Below are positions 43,549-54,370 of a stretch of 64,000 bases of DNA, one piece after another. The notes under the pieces were generated by a model. The model searched no databases. It saw only the letters and a list, made by a program, of their open reading frames with translations, and was not told where the DNA came from. The position numbers and the translations under genes are program-made. The stretch is from Planctomycetota bacterium (GTDB taxonomy: Bacteria; Planctomycetota; B15-G4). How positions within the stretch are numbered: the first letter of the stretch is position 1; every line of letters begins with the position of its first letter. The DNA lies in assembly GCA_965248575.1 (NCBI GenBank), contig CBDFJQ010000002.1:3136001-3200000 (forward strand), in the 5' to 3' direction.

Positions 43549-44910
43549 ATGGGCACGACCTCAGCACCAGAGCAATCCGGCGACGGCGGAAGCAAGTGGA
43601 AGGTGGGCATCCCACTCATCTTGCTCGTCGTGGTGGGATTCGTCGTCGCCTTCCAGTTCGTGGGGCCGCCACCTCCCAAGGAACTCACCTTGGCCACCGG
43701 ATCCGAAGGAGGGGCGTACCACCAGTTCGGTGAGCTCTACCGCGTGCAATTGGCAGCTTCCGGAATCGACCTTCGCCTGCTTCCGACCGCGGGCTCCATC
43801 GAGAACATCGCGCACCTGCGCGACGGCAGCGCCGACATCGCCTTCGTCCAAGGCGGCACCGTGGACGAACCCGCGAACGATGCAAACGACGGGAGCGACG
43901 ACAGCCGCGTGCTGGAGGGCATCGGCAGCCTCTACTTCGAGCCGCTGTGGGTCTTCCATCGCGCCGAGCTCGAACTCGAGATCCTGGCAGACCTCGCCGG
44001 CTTGCGGATCCAGATCGGCGGCTTGGGTAGCGGCACGAACGTCCTGTCCCGCACGCTGCTGAAAGCCTGCGGTGTCACCGAGGCCAACAGCACGCTCCAG
44101 GAGCTCGACCCCGACGCGGCGACAGCCGCCCTCCTGGCGGGCGGGTTGGACGCGCTGCTCGTGGTCAGCGGCCCCAAGGGCGACACGGTGCAGACCCTCA
44201 TGGCTCAAGAGGGCCTCGCGCTCACGCTGCTCGACGTGGACCGCAGCCACAGCGTGACCCAGGTCTTCCGCAGCCTCAGCCCCGTCTTGCTCAGCGAAGG
44301 CCTGCTGAACCTGGACCTGAATGTTCCCGACCGGGACGTCCAGCTCGTGGCACCGACGGCCTCCCTCATCGCCACCGAGGACCTGCACCCGGCGCTGGTG
44401 CCGCTCTTCATCTCCGCAGCCGAGAAGCTGCACGGCAAGGGCGCACTCTTCGAGGACGAAGGCCAGTTCCCCTCGGCCATGGGCCTGGATGTCGAACCAA
44501 GCGTCGCCGCGGCGACCTACTACAAGTCGGGCCCGTCCTTCCTCTACCGCATCTTCCCCTTCGGTACGGCCGCCATGCTGGACCGGCTGAAGATCATGTT
44601 GCTGCCCTTGCTCACGCTGTTGCTGCCGCTGATGAAAGTGGCGCCGCCGCTCTACCGCTGGAGCATCCGCTCCAAGATCTACCGCTGGTACAAGGTCTTG
44701 CACCAGGTGGACAGCGGCGTGCACCGCGCTGCCGCTAGCGCCGACCTGAGCCCCTTCGAGGCCGAGTTGGCGCGAGTCGAGAAGGAGATCGTGGAGGTGA
44801 AGGTGCCGCCGTCCTATGGCGAGGAAGCCTACAACCTGCGCATGCATCTCGCGCTGACCCGGAAACGCCTCGCGGAACGCAAAGCTGCGTCGGAACACGC
44901 TGAGTCCTGA
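43549..44910 (+). CDS. TAXI-family TRAP solute-binding protein with C-terminal TM
   Basis: ATGSEGGAY, TAGSIEN, FVQGG, LYFEPLW, GSGT. Confidence 0.85.
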   Translation: MGTTSAPEQSGDGGSKWKVGIPLILLVVVGFVVAFQFVGPPPPKELTLATGSEGGAYHQFGELYRVQLAASGIDLRLLPTAGSIENIAHLRDGSADIAFVQGGTVDEPANDANDGSDDSRVLEGIGSLYFEPLWVFHRAELELEILADLAGLRIQIGGLGSGTNVLSRTLLKACGVTEANSTLQELDPDAATAALLAGGLDALLVVSGPKGDTVQTLMAQEGLALTLLDVDRSHSVTQVFRSLSPVLLSEGLLNLDLNVPDRDVQLVAPTASLIATEDLHPALVPLFISAAEKLHGKGALFEDEGQFPSAMGLDVEPSVAAATYYKSGPSFLYRIFPFGTAAMLDRLKIMLLPLLTLLLPLMKVAPPLYRWSIRSKIYRWYKVLHQVDSGVHRAAASADLSPFEAELARVEKEIVEVKVPPSYGEEAYNLRMHLALTRKRLAERKAASEHAES

Positions 44911-44955
44911 GAGCCACGGCCCAGCACCTGGAACGCTGATGCCGTAAGGGGCGCC

Positions 44956-46671
44956 ATGCACACTTCGATTGCCTTGACCAGCGCGACCCTTGCACTGCTC
45001 CTCTGGAGCTGCGGCGAGGGAACAACGCCCCGTGACGAGGGCTCCCTCTCTACCGGCGCCCACTGGTTCACCGACGCCACGACCGAGGTCGGCCTCGACT
45101 TCACCCACACCGAGGGCGAGGAGCAGTGGGACATCCGGCCCACCATGGGGCCGGGCGCAGCCTGGGCCGACGTGAACGGAGACGGCAGCCCCGACCTCTA
45201 TGTGGTGGGCGGGCGCGAGCAAACCGGGCGCCTGTTCCTCAACGATGGCAGCGGGCGCTTCAGCGATGTCACCGCCGACTGGGGTCTGGGGGCGCCTGCC
45301 GGTGCCACGGCTCGCGGCGACTCGGGCATGGGCGCCTGCTTCGCCGACTGGGATGGCGACGGCGACCAGGATCTCTACGTCAGCAACGACGGTCCCAACG
45401 TCATGTGGCGCAATGACGGGCAGCGCTTCACGGACATCACCGCTGCAGCCGGCACGGGCGATGCCCGCTGGGGCGCCAGCAGCACCTTCGGCGACGTGGA
45501 CGGGGACGGCGACCTCGACCTCTTCCTCACCAACTACCTCGAGTTCGACCTGACGCTGATCCCGCCGGAGGACAGCGAGGCAGCGCGCCGGCGCGAAGAC
45601 CCCATCGCCATGCTGCCCTATGTGTTCCCGGGCCAGCCCAACGTGCTCTACCGCAACGAAGGCGACGGACACTTCATCGACGTCACCGAGGCCGCCGGAC
45701 TGCTGGCCCCCGACGGCAAGAGCCTGGGCGCCGCCTTCCTGGACGCAGACGAAGACGGCGACCTCGACCTCTATGTGGCCAACGACACCACCCCCAACAC
45801 CTACTGGGTGAACGACGGCACGGGCCGCTTCGAAGAGCTCTCGCTCTTCGTGGGCCTCGACGACCCGCGCGGTGGAATGGGCCTCGCGCCCGGCGACATC
45901 GATGGGGATGGCGACTTCGACCTGCTGCTCACCAACTGGCAGCTCGAACCCAACGCCCTCTACCGCAACAACCACCGTCACGGGCCCAGCAAGCGCAAGT
46001 TCATGCCGCGCTTTGAGGACATCGCCGTACACGCTGGCCTGGCCCAGAGGTCCGTGGGCTATGTGGGCTGGGGCTGCGTGCTGGCCGACCTCGACAACGA
46101 CGGCGACCTCGACACCTTCGTGGCCAACGGCTACACGAGCCCCGACTACGAGACGACCATGATCTGCGTCGGTCAACGGGACCAGTTGTTCGAGAACGTC
46201 AGCCAGCCCGGAGCCTTGGCTGCACACAAGGAGGTGCCTCGTTGGGAACTCGTCGAAGCGGAACGCGCTGGCTCGTGGGCCGAGCGCGAACTGCCCTCAC
46301 GTGGTCTGGCCGCCGCCGACGCCGACGGCGACGGCGACCTCGACCTGGTGATCACCGCCAACAACGGCCCGCTGGTCTACTTGCGCAACGAGACGGGCGG
46401 CCGGTCGCTGCGCGTGGTCCTGGAAGGCAAGGCGCCCAACACAGCAGCCATCGGCGCGCGGGTGGAGCTGCACTGCGCGGACGAGAGCACGTTCGCGGCC
46501 ATCACGACGGCAGGCGCGGGCTACCTGGGTGGGCACGAGAACGGTGTTCGCTTCGGGCTGGGTGACAAGCAGCCCGTGAGCGTCAGCGTTCGTTGGCCCG
46601 ACGGCCACGAAAGTTCAGCGAACGTCCAACCCGGAAGCTCGCAGATCTCGATCCAGCAGCCGAGAGGCTAG
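44956..46671 (+). CDS. CRTAC1-family protein (FG-GAP repeats + ASPIC/UnbV), lipoprotein
   Basis: Many D.DGDGD.D motifs, RGLAAAD, AIGARV, FGLG, VRWPDG. Confidence 0.88.
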   Translation: MHTSIALTSATLALLLWSCGEGTTPRDEGSLSTGAHWFTDATTEVGLDFTHTEGEEQWDIRPTMGPGAAWADVNGDGSPDLYVVGGREQTGRLFLNDGSGRFSDVTADWGLGAPAGATARGDSGMGACFADWDGDGDQDLYVSNDGPNVMWRNDGQRFTDITAAAGTGDARWGASSTFGDVDGDGDLDLFLTNYLEFDLTLIPPEDSEAARRREDPIAMLPYVFPGQPNVLYRNEGDGHFIDVTEAAGLLAPDGKSLGAAFLDADEDGDLDLYVANDTTPNTYWVNDGTGRFEELSLFVGLDDPRGGMGLAPGDIDGDGDFDLLLTNWQLEPNALYRNNHRHGPSKRKFMPRFEDIAVHAGLAQRSVGYVGWGCVLADLDNDGDLDTFVANGYTSPDYETTMICVGQRDQLFENVSQPGALAAHKEVPRWELVEAERAGSWAERELPSRGLAAADADGDGDLDLVITANNGPLVYLRNETGGRSLRVVLEGKAPNTAAIGARVELHCADESTFAAITTAGAGYLGGHENGVRFGLGDKQPVSVSVRWPDGHESSANVQPGSSQISIQQPRG

Positions 46672-46693
46672 GCACCCTCCCCACTCCGTCCGC

Positions 46694-49462
46694 CTACCGC
46701 TTCCGCCCGCGCGAGGTGCCCGCCTTCTTCTTGCTGTCGCTCGTCCCTGCCGGCAACAGCACGACCCCTTCGCGTTGGACGCGGCTGGAGATGACGAAGC
46801 TCGTGCCTTTGTAGCTGTCGTAGCCCTTGGCGCGTACGGACAGGCTGTACTCGCCCGGCGGCAGGACGTCGAACACCACCTGCTCGGGTGTCCCGCGCGG
46901 AGACGAACGGCGCAAGACTTCGTACACCCGATCGGAGCCGATGGTGCGCACCGTCACCCGTGGACGCTTGACCGGGTCGCCGTACTCGTCGGTGATCTCC
47001 AGCACCAGGTCGCCGGTCGCCGGCAATCGGTAGCTGCGCTCAATGGCCGGGCCCGGCCGAACAGACAGGGGTTGCTCCTCCAACCAGCCGCTGTTGCCGG
47101 ACGCCAGGCGATAGACACCCCCTTCGCCGAGGTTGAAGCCGGCGAAGCCCTTGCTGTCGGTGCGTCGGCTGGGCCCCTTGCGGCGCAGCTTCTTGCGCTG
47201 CTTCGCGCTGCTGTCGGCAGGAAGCTCTTCCACCACGCGCACACTAAAGCCCGGTATCGGCGTGCCCGCGGTGTCCGTCACCGTCACCCGCAGCACCGCC
47301 GCCGGTGAGATGTACACCTGCACGGCCGGCGGTGCGCTGGCGCCGTCGAATTGCACCGCCGCGCTGCGGGTCTCGACGTAGTCCAGGGACATGACCTTGA
47401 TGCGGTAGCGCCCGGTCCCTGGCAACTCGGCGCTGAAGGCACCGGGCGCGTCCGGCGCACGCTCCACCTGCGCCTGGATCTCCTTGAACTCGAGCCCCTT
47501 CTTGGTCTCCCGCTCCTGCTCCAATCTGGCGAGGAAGTCTTCCACCGGCAAACCGGTGGCGCTGTCGAGCACCGTGCCCTCCCAGCTCACGATGGGCTCG
47601 AGCGTGATGACCATCTCGCCCACCCAGTCCGAGAGCTGCGGCACCACCTCACGCTGCTGGCGATAGCCCTTGGCCACAGCCTCCACGCGAGCCTTCGCCC
47701 CCTCCTCGAAGGGACCGAGCCGGAAGCGCCCCTCGGCGTCGCTGTGCACCGCCATCGAGCGGCGCTCCCAGACGCTCGCGCCGGGGATGGGCACGCCGAA
47801 GGGGTCCTGCACGCGCCCCTCCAGCCAGACGCCCGTCTGGATGTCGAGAGTCACCGCCTCGGTGGGCAGGCCGTCGGCCAGGTCCACCTCTACCGGCAAG
47901 CTCTGCTCGCCTCCGTAGCGCGCCTGCACGAAGAGTCGGTCCACGTCCGGCGAAGACCGGGCGTGCACCAAGCTCGCGCGGCCGCCGGCGCCTGTCGTCA
48001 CCAAGCTGCGCTCATCCGGCCCGGTGCCGGACTGCACCGCCACCTGCGCGCCCACCAACAGCTCGCCGTCCGAAGTGACCACCAGCTCAAGAGGCACGGG
48101 CTCTGCCAGGCGGACGATCACGGCTTCGTCAGACTTGCGGCTGCGCACACGAGCCAGACCGCGCCAGCCGTCGTCATTCGTGGCCGCAACGCGCAAGGCA
48201 GCCTGCCCGTCCCAGTCCTCCAAGGTGAAGGCGAAGGCGCCCGACGCATCGGCCGTGGCCCGCGCCAGCACCTCACCACCCGCCAGGAGTTGCAGCGCGG
48301 CAGCCTCCACCCGCTGCTCGTCGATGCCGATGGCCACGTGCCCGAACACCTGCTCCAAGGGCTGGAGGTAGACCACCACCTCCTCCTCGTCGGCCAAGGG
48401 GCGGTTCTCGTAGTGAGCCATGCGGCGCGGCACATAGCCCTCCGCGGCCACCTCGAGCACGAAGCCCGAGGTCGGCATGGCCTCCAGCAGGAAGCGGCCC
48501 TCCTCGTCTGTCACGACGCTCTGCTCGAAAACGGTCTCCGAGCGGCTCTCCAGTTCGCTGGGGCCCGCAGACTCGCTGCCAAGGGCGCGCGCTTCCACGT
48601 CCATGCGGAAGCGCACTTCGGCCCCAGCCAGGGGCTGCTTGTTCTCGCGCTCCAGCACCTGCCCCGTGATGTCCGTGCCCGCTGGCAGGGTGAGCTCCAG
48701 CGGCTCCCAGCCCGGCAGCACCTCCGTGGCGATGGCCACGCCATGCCCCGGCGCCCAAGCCGCTACCGTGACGCTCTCGAAGGGCAGCGGCGACAGATGG
48801 AAAGCGCCGTCGGCGTCGGTGACTCCCGCCACCGATTCCGCGTCGCCCAGCACAAGCACGCGCGCCTCCTCCAGCAGCTCGCCGCCCTCCTCGGTCTGCA
48901 CGACGCCCTCAACCCAGCGGGGGTCCTGCAGGCTCACGAGCAACTCGTCCGAGGCGGCCACGTGGTCCACCCGCACGCGTGCCCACTCAAGGCCGCCAGC
49001 GAGCAGCGCGTGTCGACAGCCGGAGCGCGCCGGCATTCGGAAGCCACCGTCGGGCCCCGTGCGCGCGCCACCAGTCTTGACCGAGAGTTCGCCGTCCTCC
49101 AGCTCATCCTGCCAGGGGTCGTTCACGACGTAGAGCAACACAGGGACACCCACCAGCGCCGTACCGGAAGGGTCGACCACCTTGCCCGTCACCCAGCCGT
49201 CCGCGGGGATCGCCAGATTGGGAGCGATCTCCCCCTCAGTCGGTCCCGGCTCCTGGGCCGCGCTCAGCTGCTCCGGCTTGGACACCTGCTCGAGAAGACC
49301 CTCAAGCGCGGACCCTCCCCCCACATCAGGCTCCGCGACACGCCCCGGCGACGGCCTCGGCGCAGCTTCTCCCACCGGCGACGCCTCGGACTCCAGCAGG
49401 AACACCGTCAGGCCCAGCAGGGCCAGAAGGGCAAAAACGCAGAGCAGGAGACGTACGGACAA
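46694..49462 (-). CDS. Membrane-anchored protein with tandem carboxypeptidase-regulatory-like domains
   Basis: N-terminal TM; repeated G.V.D..G.P..GA.V and TD.DG.F motifs. Confidence 0.8.
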   Translation of the reverse strand: MSVRLLLCVFALLALLGLTVFLLESEASPVGEAAPRPSPGRVAEPDVGGGSALEGLLEQVSKPEQLSAAQEPGPTEGEIAPNLAIPADGWVTGKVVDPSGTALVGVPVLLYVVNDPWQDELEDGELSVKTGGARTGPDGGFRMPARSGCRHALLAGGLEWARVRVDHVAASDELLVSLQDPRWVEGVVQTEEGGELLEEARVLVLGDAESVAGVTDADGAFHLSPLPFESVTVAAWAPGHGVAIATEVLPGWEPLELTLPAGTDITGQVLERENKQPLAGAEVRFRMDVEARALGSESAGPSELESRSETVFEQSVVTDEEGRFLLEAMPTSGFVLEVAAEGYVPRRMAHYENRPLADEEEVVVYLQPLEQVFGHVAIGIDEQRVEAAALQLLAGGEVLARATADASGAFAFTLEDWDGQAALRVAATNDDGWRGLARVRSRKSDEAVIVRLAEPVPLELVVTSDGELLVGAQVAVQSGTGPDERSLVTTGAGGRASLVHARSSPDVDRLFVQARYGGEQSLPVEVDLADGLPTEAVTLDIQTGVWLEGRVQDPFGVPIPGASVWERRSMAVHSDAEGRFRLGPFEEGAKARVEAVAKGYRQQREVVPQLSDWVGEMVITLEPIVSWEGTVLDSATGLPVEDFLARLEQERETKKGLEFKEIQAQVERAPDAPGAFSAELPGTGRYRIKVMSLDYVETRSAAVQFDGASAPPAVQVYISPAAVLRVTVTDTAGTPIPGFSVRVVEELPADSSAKQRKKLRRKGPSRRTDSKGFAGFNLGEGGVYRLASGNSGWLEEQPLSVRPGPAIERSYRLPATGDLVLEITDEYGDPVKRPRVTVRTIGSDRVYEVLRRSSPRGTPEQVVFDVLPPGEYSLSVRAKGYDSYKGTSFVISSRVQREGVVLLPAGTSDSKKKAGTSRGRKR

Positions 49463-49735
49463 GGGCTGATCCGGTGGCGAGAGACGAAAGACGGCAAACG
49501 GCCCGTGGGCTCGGAGTGAACGACCTTAACCGAGTCCCTGAACGTCCATGAACACGGGCGTCAAGCTTCGGTCGCGGTGGAGGCTGCAAACGAAAGGGGG
49601 CCGGACACTGATAGGACATCGGCAATCGTGACGTGACGGCGCACAATGAGGGTCTTCTCCTCCTCAGGCCCCGGGCCGCCTGAAGTCCCCGTGGCAGGGC
49701 CTCATCTCCGGGAGGATTGTCTGGAGGACCCGCTC

Positions 49736-52700
49736 ATGTCCGATTCATCTCCCGATCCGCACACGTCATCGTCCGGCCGCCGTGGGTCACGGCACGGCGC
49801 TGACAAGCGCTCGCCCCTGTCAACGATCTTTGCCTCGGCCGCGGTGGGGCTGGCAATCTTCGGCGCCGTGCGGTGGCTCGGTTCCGACGACGGTAGCGAG
49901 GCAGGCGGCAGCAGCGGCCTGCAGCCCGGCGACAGCTCATCCGCAGCGGGAACGACCCTGCCCGAGGCCGTGAGCTCACCGGTCCAGGAGCTTCAGCCCA
50001 ACACCAGCTTGGCTGCGACGGGCGAACAAGAAACCGAGCAAGAAGCCCCGCCGCTCCCCGAGTACGAAGCCGTGACCGTGCGCGGCCAACTCATCGTCGA
50101 GGGCGGCGGCGGCATCCCCCCCGACCTGAGCCTGTGCGCCACCTTCCGAACGCCGACGCCGCGCTTCCAAGCCATCTCCATAAACCAGCAGAGCGCGGAC
50201 TATGGTGAGGCCTTTGGAGATGAGGGAACCAGCTTCGACCGCCAGCTGCGCCTCGCCACGCGCACGGTTCCGGATGCCAACGGCTTCTTCGAGATGCCAG
50301 CGGTCCCCGCCAGCGGGGCCTGGCTGCAGGTGGAGGACGACTTCCTCTTCTCTCGTGAGAAGGTCGCGCTGGAGCTGGGCCCGGGCGCTGCGTCGGAGGC
50401 GGAGCTGTTGGTGGTGAAGCTCGAACGCGGAGCCCAGGTCATGGGCCATGTCAGCTTCGACGAGGGCACGCCGCTCGAAGACGCGCGGGTCCGGGCGCGC
50501 AGCAAGATGGACGCCTTCATGATGTTCGACGGCACCCCGGAGATCATCACGGTCTACGGCGAGAAGAGTGCCGCGGACGGGGCCTATCAGCTTGTGCAGG
50601 TTCCGGCGGGCACAATCCTCACGGCGCGCTTCTCCAAAGCGAACTTCGAGGTGACGCACGCCGAGATCCCCGTCCTGTCGCCCGGTGCCACCTACACGCT
50701 GGATGTCGATATGGCGGTGGGCGCCACCATCGGCGGAACCGTCACCGACGCACAGGGCGCACCGCTGGAGGACGTCCGGGTCCTGCTCCAGCCCGCCAAG
50801 ATCGAGATGGCCAACATGGAGGCCATGGACCGGATCGGGGACGAACGCACGCGCACCGACGCCGAGGGGGCGTTCAAGTTCCGCTCGTTGACCGCCGGCA
50901 GCTATCGCCTGCTGCTCGCCTCCGAGGGCTACCTGGTGACGCGTTCGGACGTCATCGAGCTGAACGCCAGCGAGAAGCTGAAGGGTCTCTCACTCGTGGC
51001 CGAATCGGGCCTCAGCATCGCGGGACAGGTGCTGGACCACGATGGCGACCCCATCAGCACGGCCGAGGTGCGTGCCGCCACACCGCCTAGCATGATGAAC
51101 ATGGCGGCCAACATGGACCGGCAGTTGCGCGAGCAGAAGGACGTGGACGCTGAAGGTCGCTTCAGACTGGGCGGCTACGAGGAGGGCAAGCTACGCATCT
51201 GGGTCGACGCGGAGGGGTACATCTCCGGGAAGGTGGATGTTCAGGCCGGTGACACGGAGGTGCTGGTCACCCTGCAAACCACCTGCTCCATGACGGGCAT
51301 CGCCATCACCCTCGAGGATTCCGAACCCCTCACCGACTACATGCTGACCATCTCCCCCGAGGGAGGCCTGTTCGACCTGGCGAACATGATGGACATGCAG
51401 GACACCCTGCAGAACCTGCCGCCGCCGCGCCGCGTGCGCGATGAGGACGGCCAGTTCCGCATCGAAGGCATGGCGCCCGGCAGCTACGACCTCACCCTGA
51501 CCTCCAAGGGCTATGCGCAGACCGTGGTGCAGGGCATCGAGGTGCTGCCCGAGAAGGGCGCCTCGGGCGTGATCCTCTTCGTGCCAGAGGAGGCCAAGCT
51601 CGTGGGCCAGGTGGTGTCGGGGCGAACGGGTGAGCCGCTGGAGGGCGCCGTCATCAGCACCAGCGCTGGCGATGTCATGTCCACCATCACCGACCGCTTG
51701 ACCGGAAACTCTCTGCAAGCCGTGACGGACGACGAAGGCCGCTTCCAGCTGGGAGGGCTTGGCACGGACCCCGTGCCGCTCACGGTGCAGCACCAGGAAT
51801 ACGAGCCGCTGGGCCTGGGTGAACAGCGGCTGCAGGAGGGCGAAGTGCTCGACCTTGGCGTGCTACGCCTCTCGTCGGGGGCCACCGTTTATGGCCACGT
51901 GCGCCAACCCAACGGCGCGCCCTCCGCCGGGGTGACCGTCTTCGCCTCCACCACCACAGGCTCCATCTTCCGCCGCACGGATACCGACGAGAAGGGCGCC
52001 TGGCGCATCCAAGGCCTCTCCCCGGGCTCGTACAACGTGACGCGCATGGACTTCGCCATGGACATCGGCGGCGACGACCCCGCCGGCTTCATGAACGAGA
52101 TGGTGTTCAAGATGGTGACGCTGGAAGCGGATGAGGAGAAGCGCGTGGACCTCGTGGCGGAGTCGGGCGGCGTGACCCTCGAGGGCACGGTGCGCTCCAC
52201 CCTCGGCCCCGAAGCACATGCCATGGTCTGGGCCGTGCGTGAAGACGGCCCCGGCAGCCTGCGCATCGCCACCAGCGACGACAAAGGCCAGTACGCCATC
52301 GACAACCTGCAGCCCGGTGGCTATCTGCTGCAGGTCATGCCCAGCACGGATGTGGTGGCGGGCGCCGGCAGCCAACCCATGGCCCCCGTGAGCCGGGTAA
52401 TCCAGGTGGGCCTGGGCCCGACACAGCGCGAAGACGTCTCCATCCCCGGTGGCAAACTCGTAGGGCGCACGGTGTCCAAGCGATCGGGCGAAGCCCTGAG
52501 CGGCGTGCGCGTGATCATCGAGCGCACCGATGCGAACCGCACGCGCAGCCCGCTCCTGGATGCCGTGGGTGGTCGCGTGGGCGAGACCTACAGCGACGAC
52601 AGCGGCACCTTCCGTTTCGGCCACCTGGCGGATGGCACCTACGCCATCGTCGCCGGCGGGACGAACCTCCTGGGCTCGGGCGACCCCGGCTGGGCCACCA

Positions 52701-53308
52701 CCCGCGTCGACGACCTGACCGTGGCCGAGAATCGCGAGGGCTTCACCCTGGAGGTGGAGCTGGAAGCAGGCGGGTCCATCGCAGGCGTCATCAAGGACAG
52801 CCGCGGCAAGCCGCTCGGGAACATCCCGCTCTGGGCGCGCAACGACCGCACGGGCGAATGGACCAGCGTCATCTCCGAGACCCTCAGCGCCGGCTCAGGG
52901 AATTATGAAGTGAACAGCCTCGAGCCCGGCCCTTGGACCCTCGCCGTGGGCGGGACCTCCCACGCCCTGACCCTCACGCGCACGGTGGACGTGCGCCGAG
53001 AGCACACCGTCGACCTCGACGTGGTGCTGCAGGAGGGCGTTGAGATCTGGCTCGACAGCGACCCCGATCCCGTCGCGGCCGCGAGCGTGCTCATCACCAG
53101 CAGCTGGGGCACAGTGCCCGTGGAACTCTCTTCCGTTGAAGGGCTCATGGGTGGCGAGCGCGACAAGTACAGGAAGCGCCTAGGCCGTCTGCTACCCGGA
53201 AGTTACGACCTGACCGTCTTCCTGCCGGACCAGGAGCCCAAGAAGCACACGCTGACGCTCACGGGTAAGAGCGGCAAGCACACAGTGAAGCTCAGCGACC
53301 TGGAGTAG
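49736..53308 (+). CDS. Membrane-anchored protein with tandem carboxypeptidase-regulatory-like domains
   Basis: N-terminal TM; repeated TDAEG.F and L.PG.Y motifs. Confidence 0.8.
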   Translation: MSDSSPDPHTSSSGRRGSRHGADKRSPLSTIFASAAVGLAIFGAVRWLGSDDGSEAGGSSGLQPGDSSSAAGTTLPEAVSSPVQELQPNTSLAATGEQETEQEAPPLPEYEAVTVRGQLIVEGGGGIPPDLSLCATFRTPTPRFQAISINQQSADYGEAFGDEGTSFDRQLRLATRTVPDANGFFEMPAVPASGAWLQVEDDFLFSREKVALELGPGAASEAELLVVKLERGAQVMGHVSFDEGTPLEDARVRARSKMDAFMMFDGTPEIITVYGEKSAADGAYQLVQVPAGTILTARFSKANFEVTHAEIPVLSPGATYTLDVDMAVGATIGGTVTDAQGAPLEDVRVLLQPAKIEMANMEAMDRIGDERTRTDAEGAFKFRSLTAGSYRLLLASEGYLVTRSDVIELNASEKLKGLSLVAESGLSIAGQVLDHDGDPISTAEVRAATPPSMMNMAANMDRQLREQKDVDAEGRFRLGGYEEGKLRIWVDAEGYISGKVDVQAGDTEVLVTLQTTCSMTGIAITLEDSEPLTDYMLTISPEGGLFDLANMMDMQDTLQNLPPPRRVRDEDGQFRIEGMAPGSYDLTLTSKGYAQTVVQGIEVLPEKGASGVILFVPEEAKLVGQVVSGRTGEPLEGAVISTSAGDVMSTITDRLTGNSLQAVTDDEGRFQLGGLGTDPVPLTVQHQEYEPLGLGEQRLQEGEVLDLGVLRLSSGATVYGHVRQPNGAPSAGVTVFASTTTGSIFRRTDTDEKGAWRIQGLSPGSYNVTRMDFAMDIGGDDPAGFMNEMVFKMVTLEADEEKRVDLVAESGGVTLEGTVRSTLGPEAHAMVWAVREDGPGSLRIATSDDKGQYAIDNLQPGGYLLQVMPSTDVVAGAGSQPMAPVSRVIQVGLGPTQREDVSIPGGKLVGRTVSKRSGEALSGVRVIIERTDANRTRSPLLDAVGGRVGETYSDDSGTFRFGHLADGTYAIVAGGTNLLGSGDPGWATTRVDDLTVAENREGFTLEVELEAGGSIAGVIKDSRGKPLGNIPLWARNDRTGEWTSVISETLSAGSGNYEVNSLEPGPWTLAVGGTSHALTLTRTVDVRREHTVDLDVVLQEGVEIWLDSDPDPVAAASVLITSSWGTVPVELSSVEGLMGGERDKYRKRLGRLLPGSYDLTVFLPDQEPKKHTLTLTGKSGKHTVKLSDLE

Positions 53309-53870
53309 GGGCGTCGCACTCGTCGAGGCCCTGACAGCGACAGTCGGCTTGGCGCTGGACTTCCACGACGTTGCCTCGTCGGTCGAGGTCGATCTGGCAA
53401 CAGGCTTGGAGTCGTTGCTTGATCATCGCCCTCCCGCGCTGGACCCGGGACTTGAACGCGCTGTAGCTCAAACCGAGCAGCAGGGCGGCCGCCTTTTGAC
53501 TCTGGCCCTGCATGTCCGAGAGTTCCACCGCCTCCCGGTACTTGGCAGGCAAGCCCTGCAGGAACTGCGGCAGCCATGAGGCCACCATGGCGTTCGAGTT
53601 GACATCGCTGCGGGCCTCATCCGACACATGGTTGAGGTCGCCGTACGGCTGGCCACCACGCTTGCGGTAGTGGTCGGCAATGGCGTGGCGCGCGACGCCG
53701 TTCGCCCAACGATCCAGTTCGCGCACATTCCCGAGTGCCTCCTGCCTGGTCGTGATCTTGAGCAACGTGTCCTGGAGAATGTCGTCGACAGCATGCGGAT
53801 CCCCCACTCGGCGACCGATGTAGGCTCGCAGTTGTGCCAGCAGGCTTGTCCACATGTCCGTTTCGTTCAT
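53292..53870 (-). CDS. ECF sigma factor, SigZ-like
   Basis: DDILQDTLLK, IADHYRK, SAFKSRVQRGR, SigZ-type tail ACCQIDLDRRGNV. Confidence 0.82.
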   Translation of the reverse strand: MNETDMWTSLLAQLRAYIGRRVGDPHAVDDILQDTLLKITTRQEALGNVRELDRWANGVARHAIADHYRKRGGQPYGDLNHVSDEARSDVNSNAMVASWLPQFLQGLPAKYREAVELSDMQGQSQKAAALLLGLSYSAFKSRVQRGRAMIKQRLQACCQIDLDRRGNVVEVQRQADCRCQGLDECDAPTPGR

Positions 53871-53920
53871 GGCTTCATGACGATGTCGCGTTGGCCGGTG
53901 TGCATGCATCAGCAACATCC

Positions 53921-54370
53921 CTAGCAACACACTGACCCAGCGCTGCAAATCTGTCTCCCCTGGTCATCCGTGACCACGAAGATCTCCCACTGATTCCCGT
54001 CCGGATCGCGTACCCAGCCCTTGTCCTGGACAGCGTGGCAGCAGCTCACCTGCTCCTCGATCTCTGGCTGGAGGCCAGCCGCCGCCAAGCGCTCGATCTC
54101 CGAGGAGACCGCTGCGGAGCTCTTGACCTGGATTCCGAAATGGCCGACGGACTTGGAGCCCGCAGAGGACCCGGAAGCCTGTTCCACCAACGCAAGGTTG
54201 AGGGGCGGCTCCTGGGGTTCGAACTTGGCGTAGCCAGGCTTCTGCTTGGCTGGCTCTACCTGCAGCAAGGCGCGGTAGAACTCCACGGAGGCTTCGAGAT
54301 CCCGCACCCGGAGGGCGAAATGAACGCGGGAGATCGTGGCAAAGTCGACGTCAGAGCTTCGGTTCTTCAT
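53921..54370 (-). CDS. ArsI/CadI family VOC metalloenzyme
   Basis: RVHFALRV, PGYAKF, HFGIQV, SCCHAVQDK, DPDGNQWE. Confidence 0.88.
   Translation of the reverse strand: MKNRSSDVDFATISRVHFALRVRDLEASVEFYRALLQVEPAKQKPGYAKFEPQEPPLNLALVEQASGSSAGSKSVGHFGIQVKSSAAVSSEIERLAAAGLQPEIEEQVSCCHAVQDKGWVRDPDGNQWEIFVVTDDQGRQICSAGSVCC

Noticed and set aside
49580..49620. c-di-GMP-I-like GCAAAC-GAAA-GG segment
   Set aside because: No paired stem around GAAA and no downstream GCAAAG element
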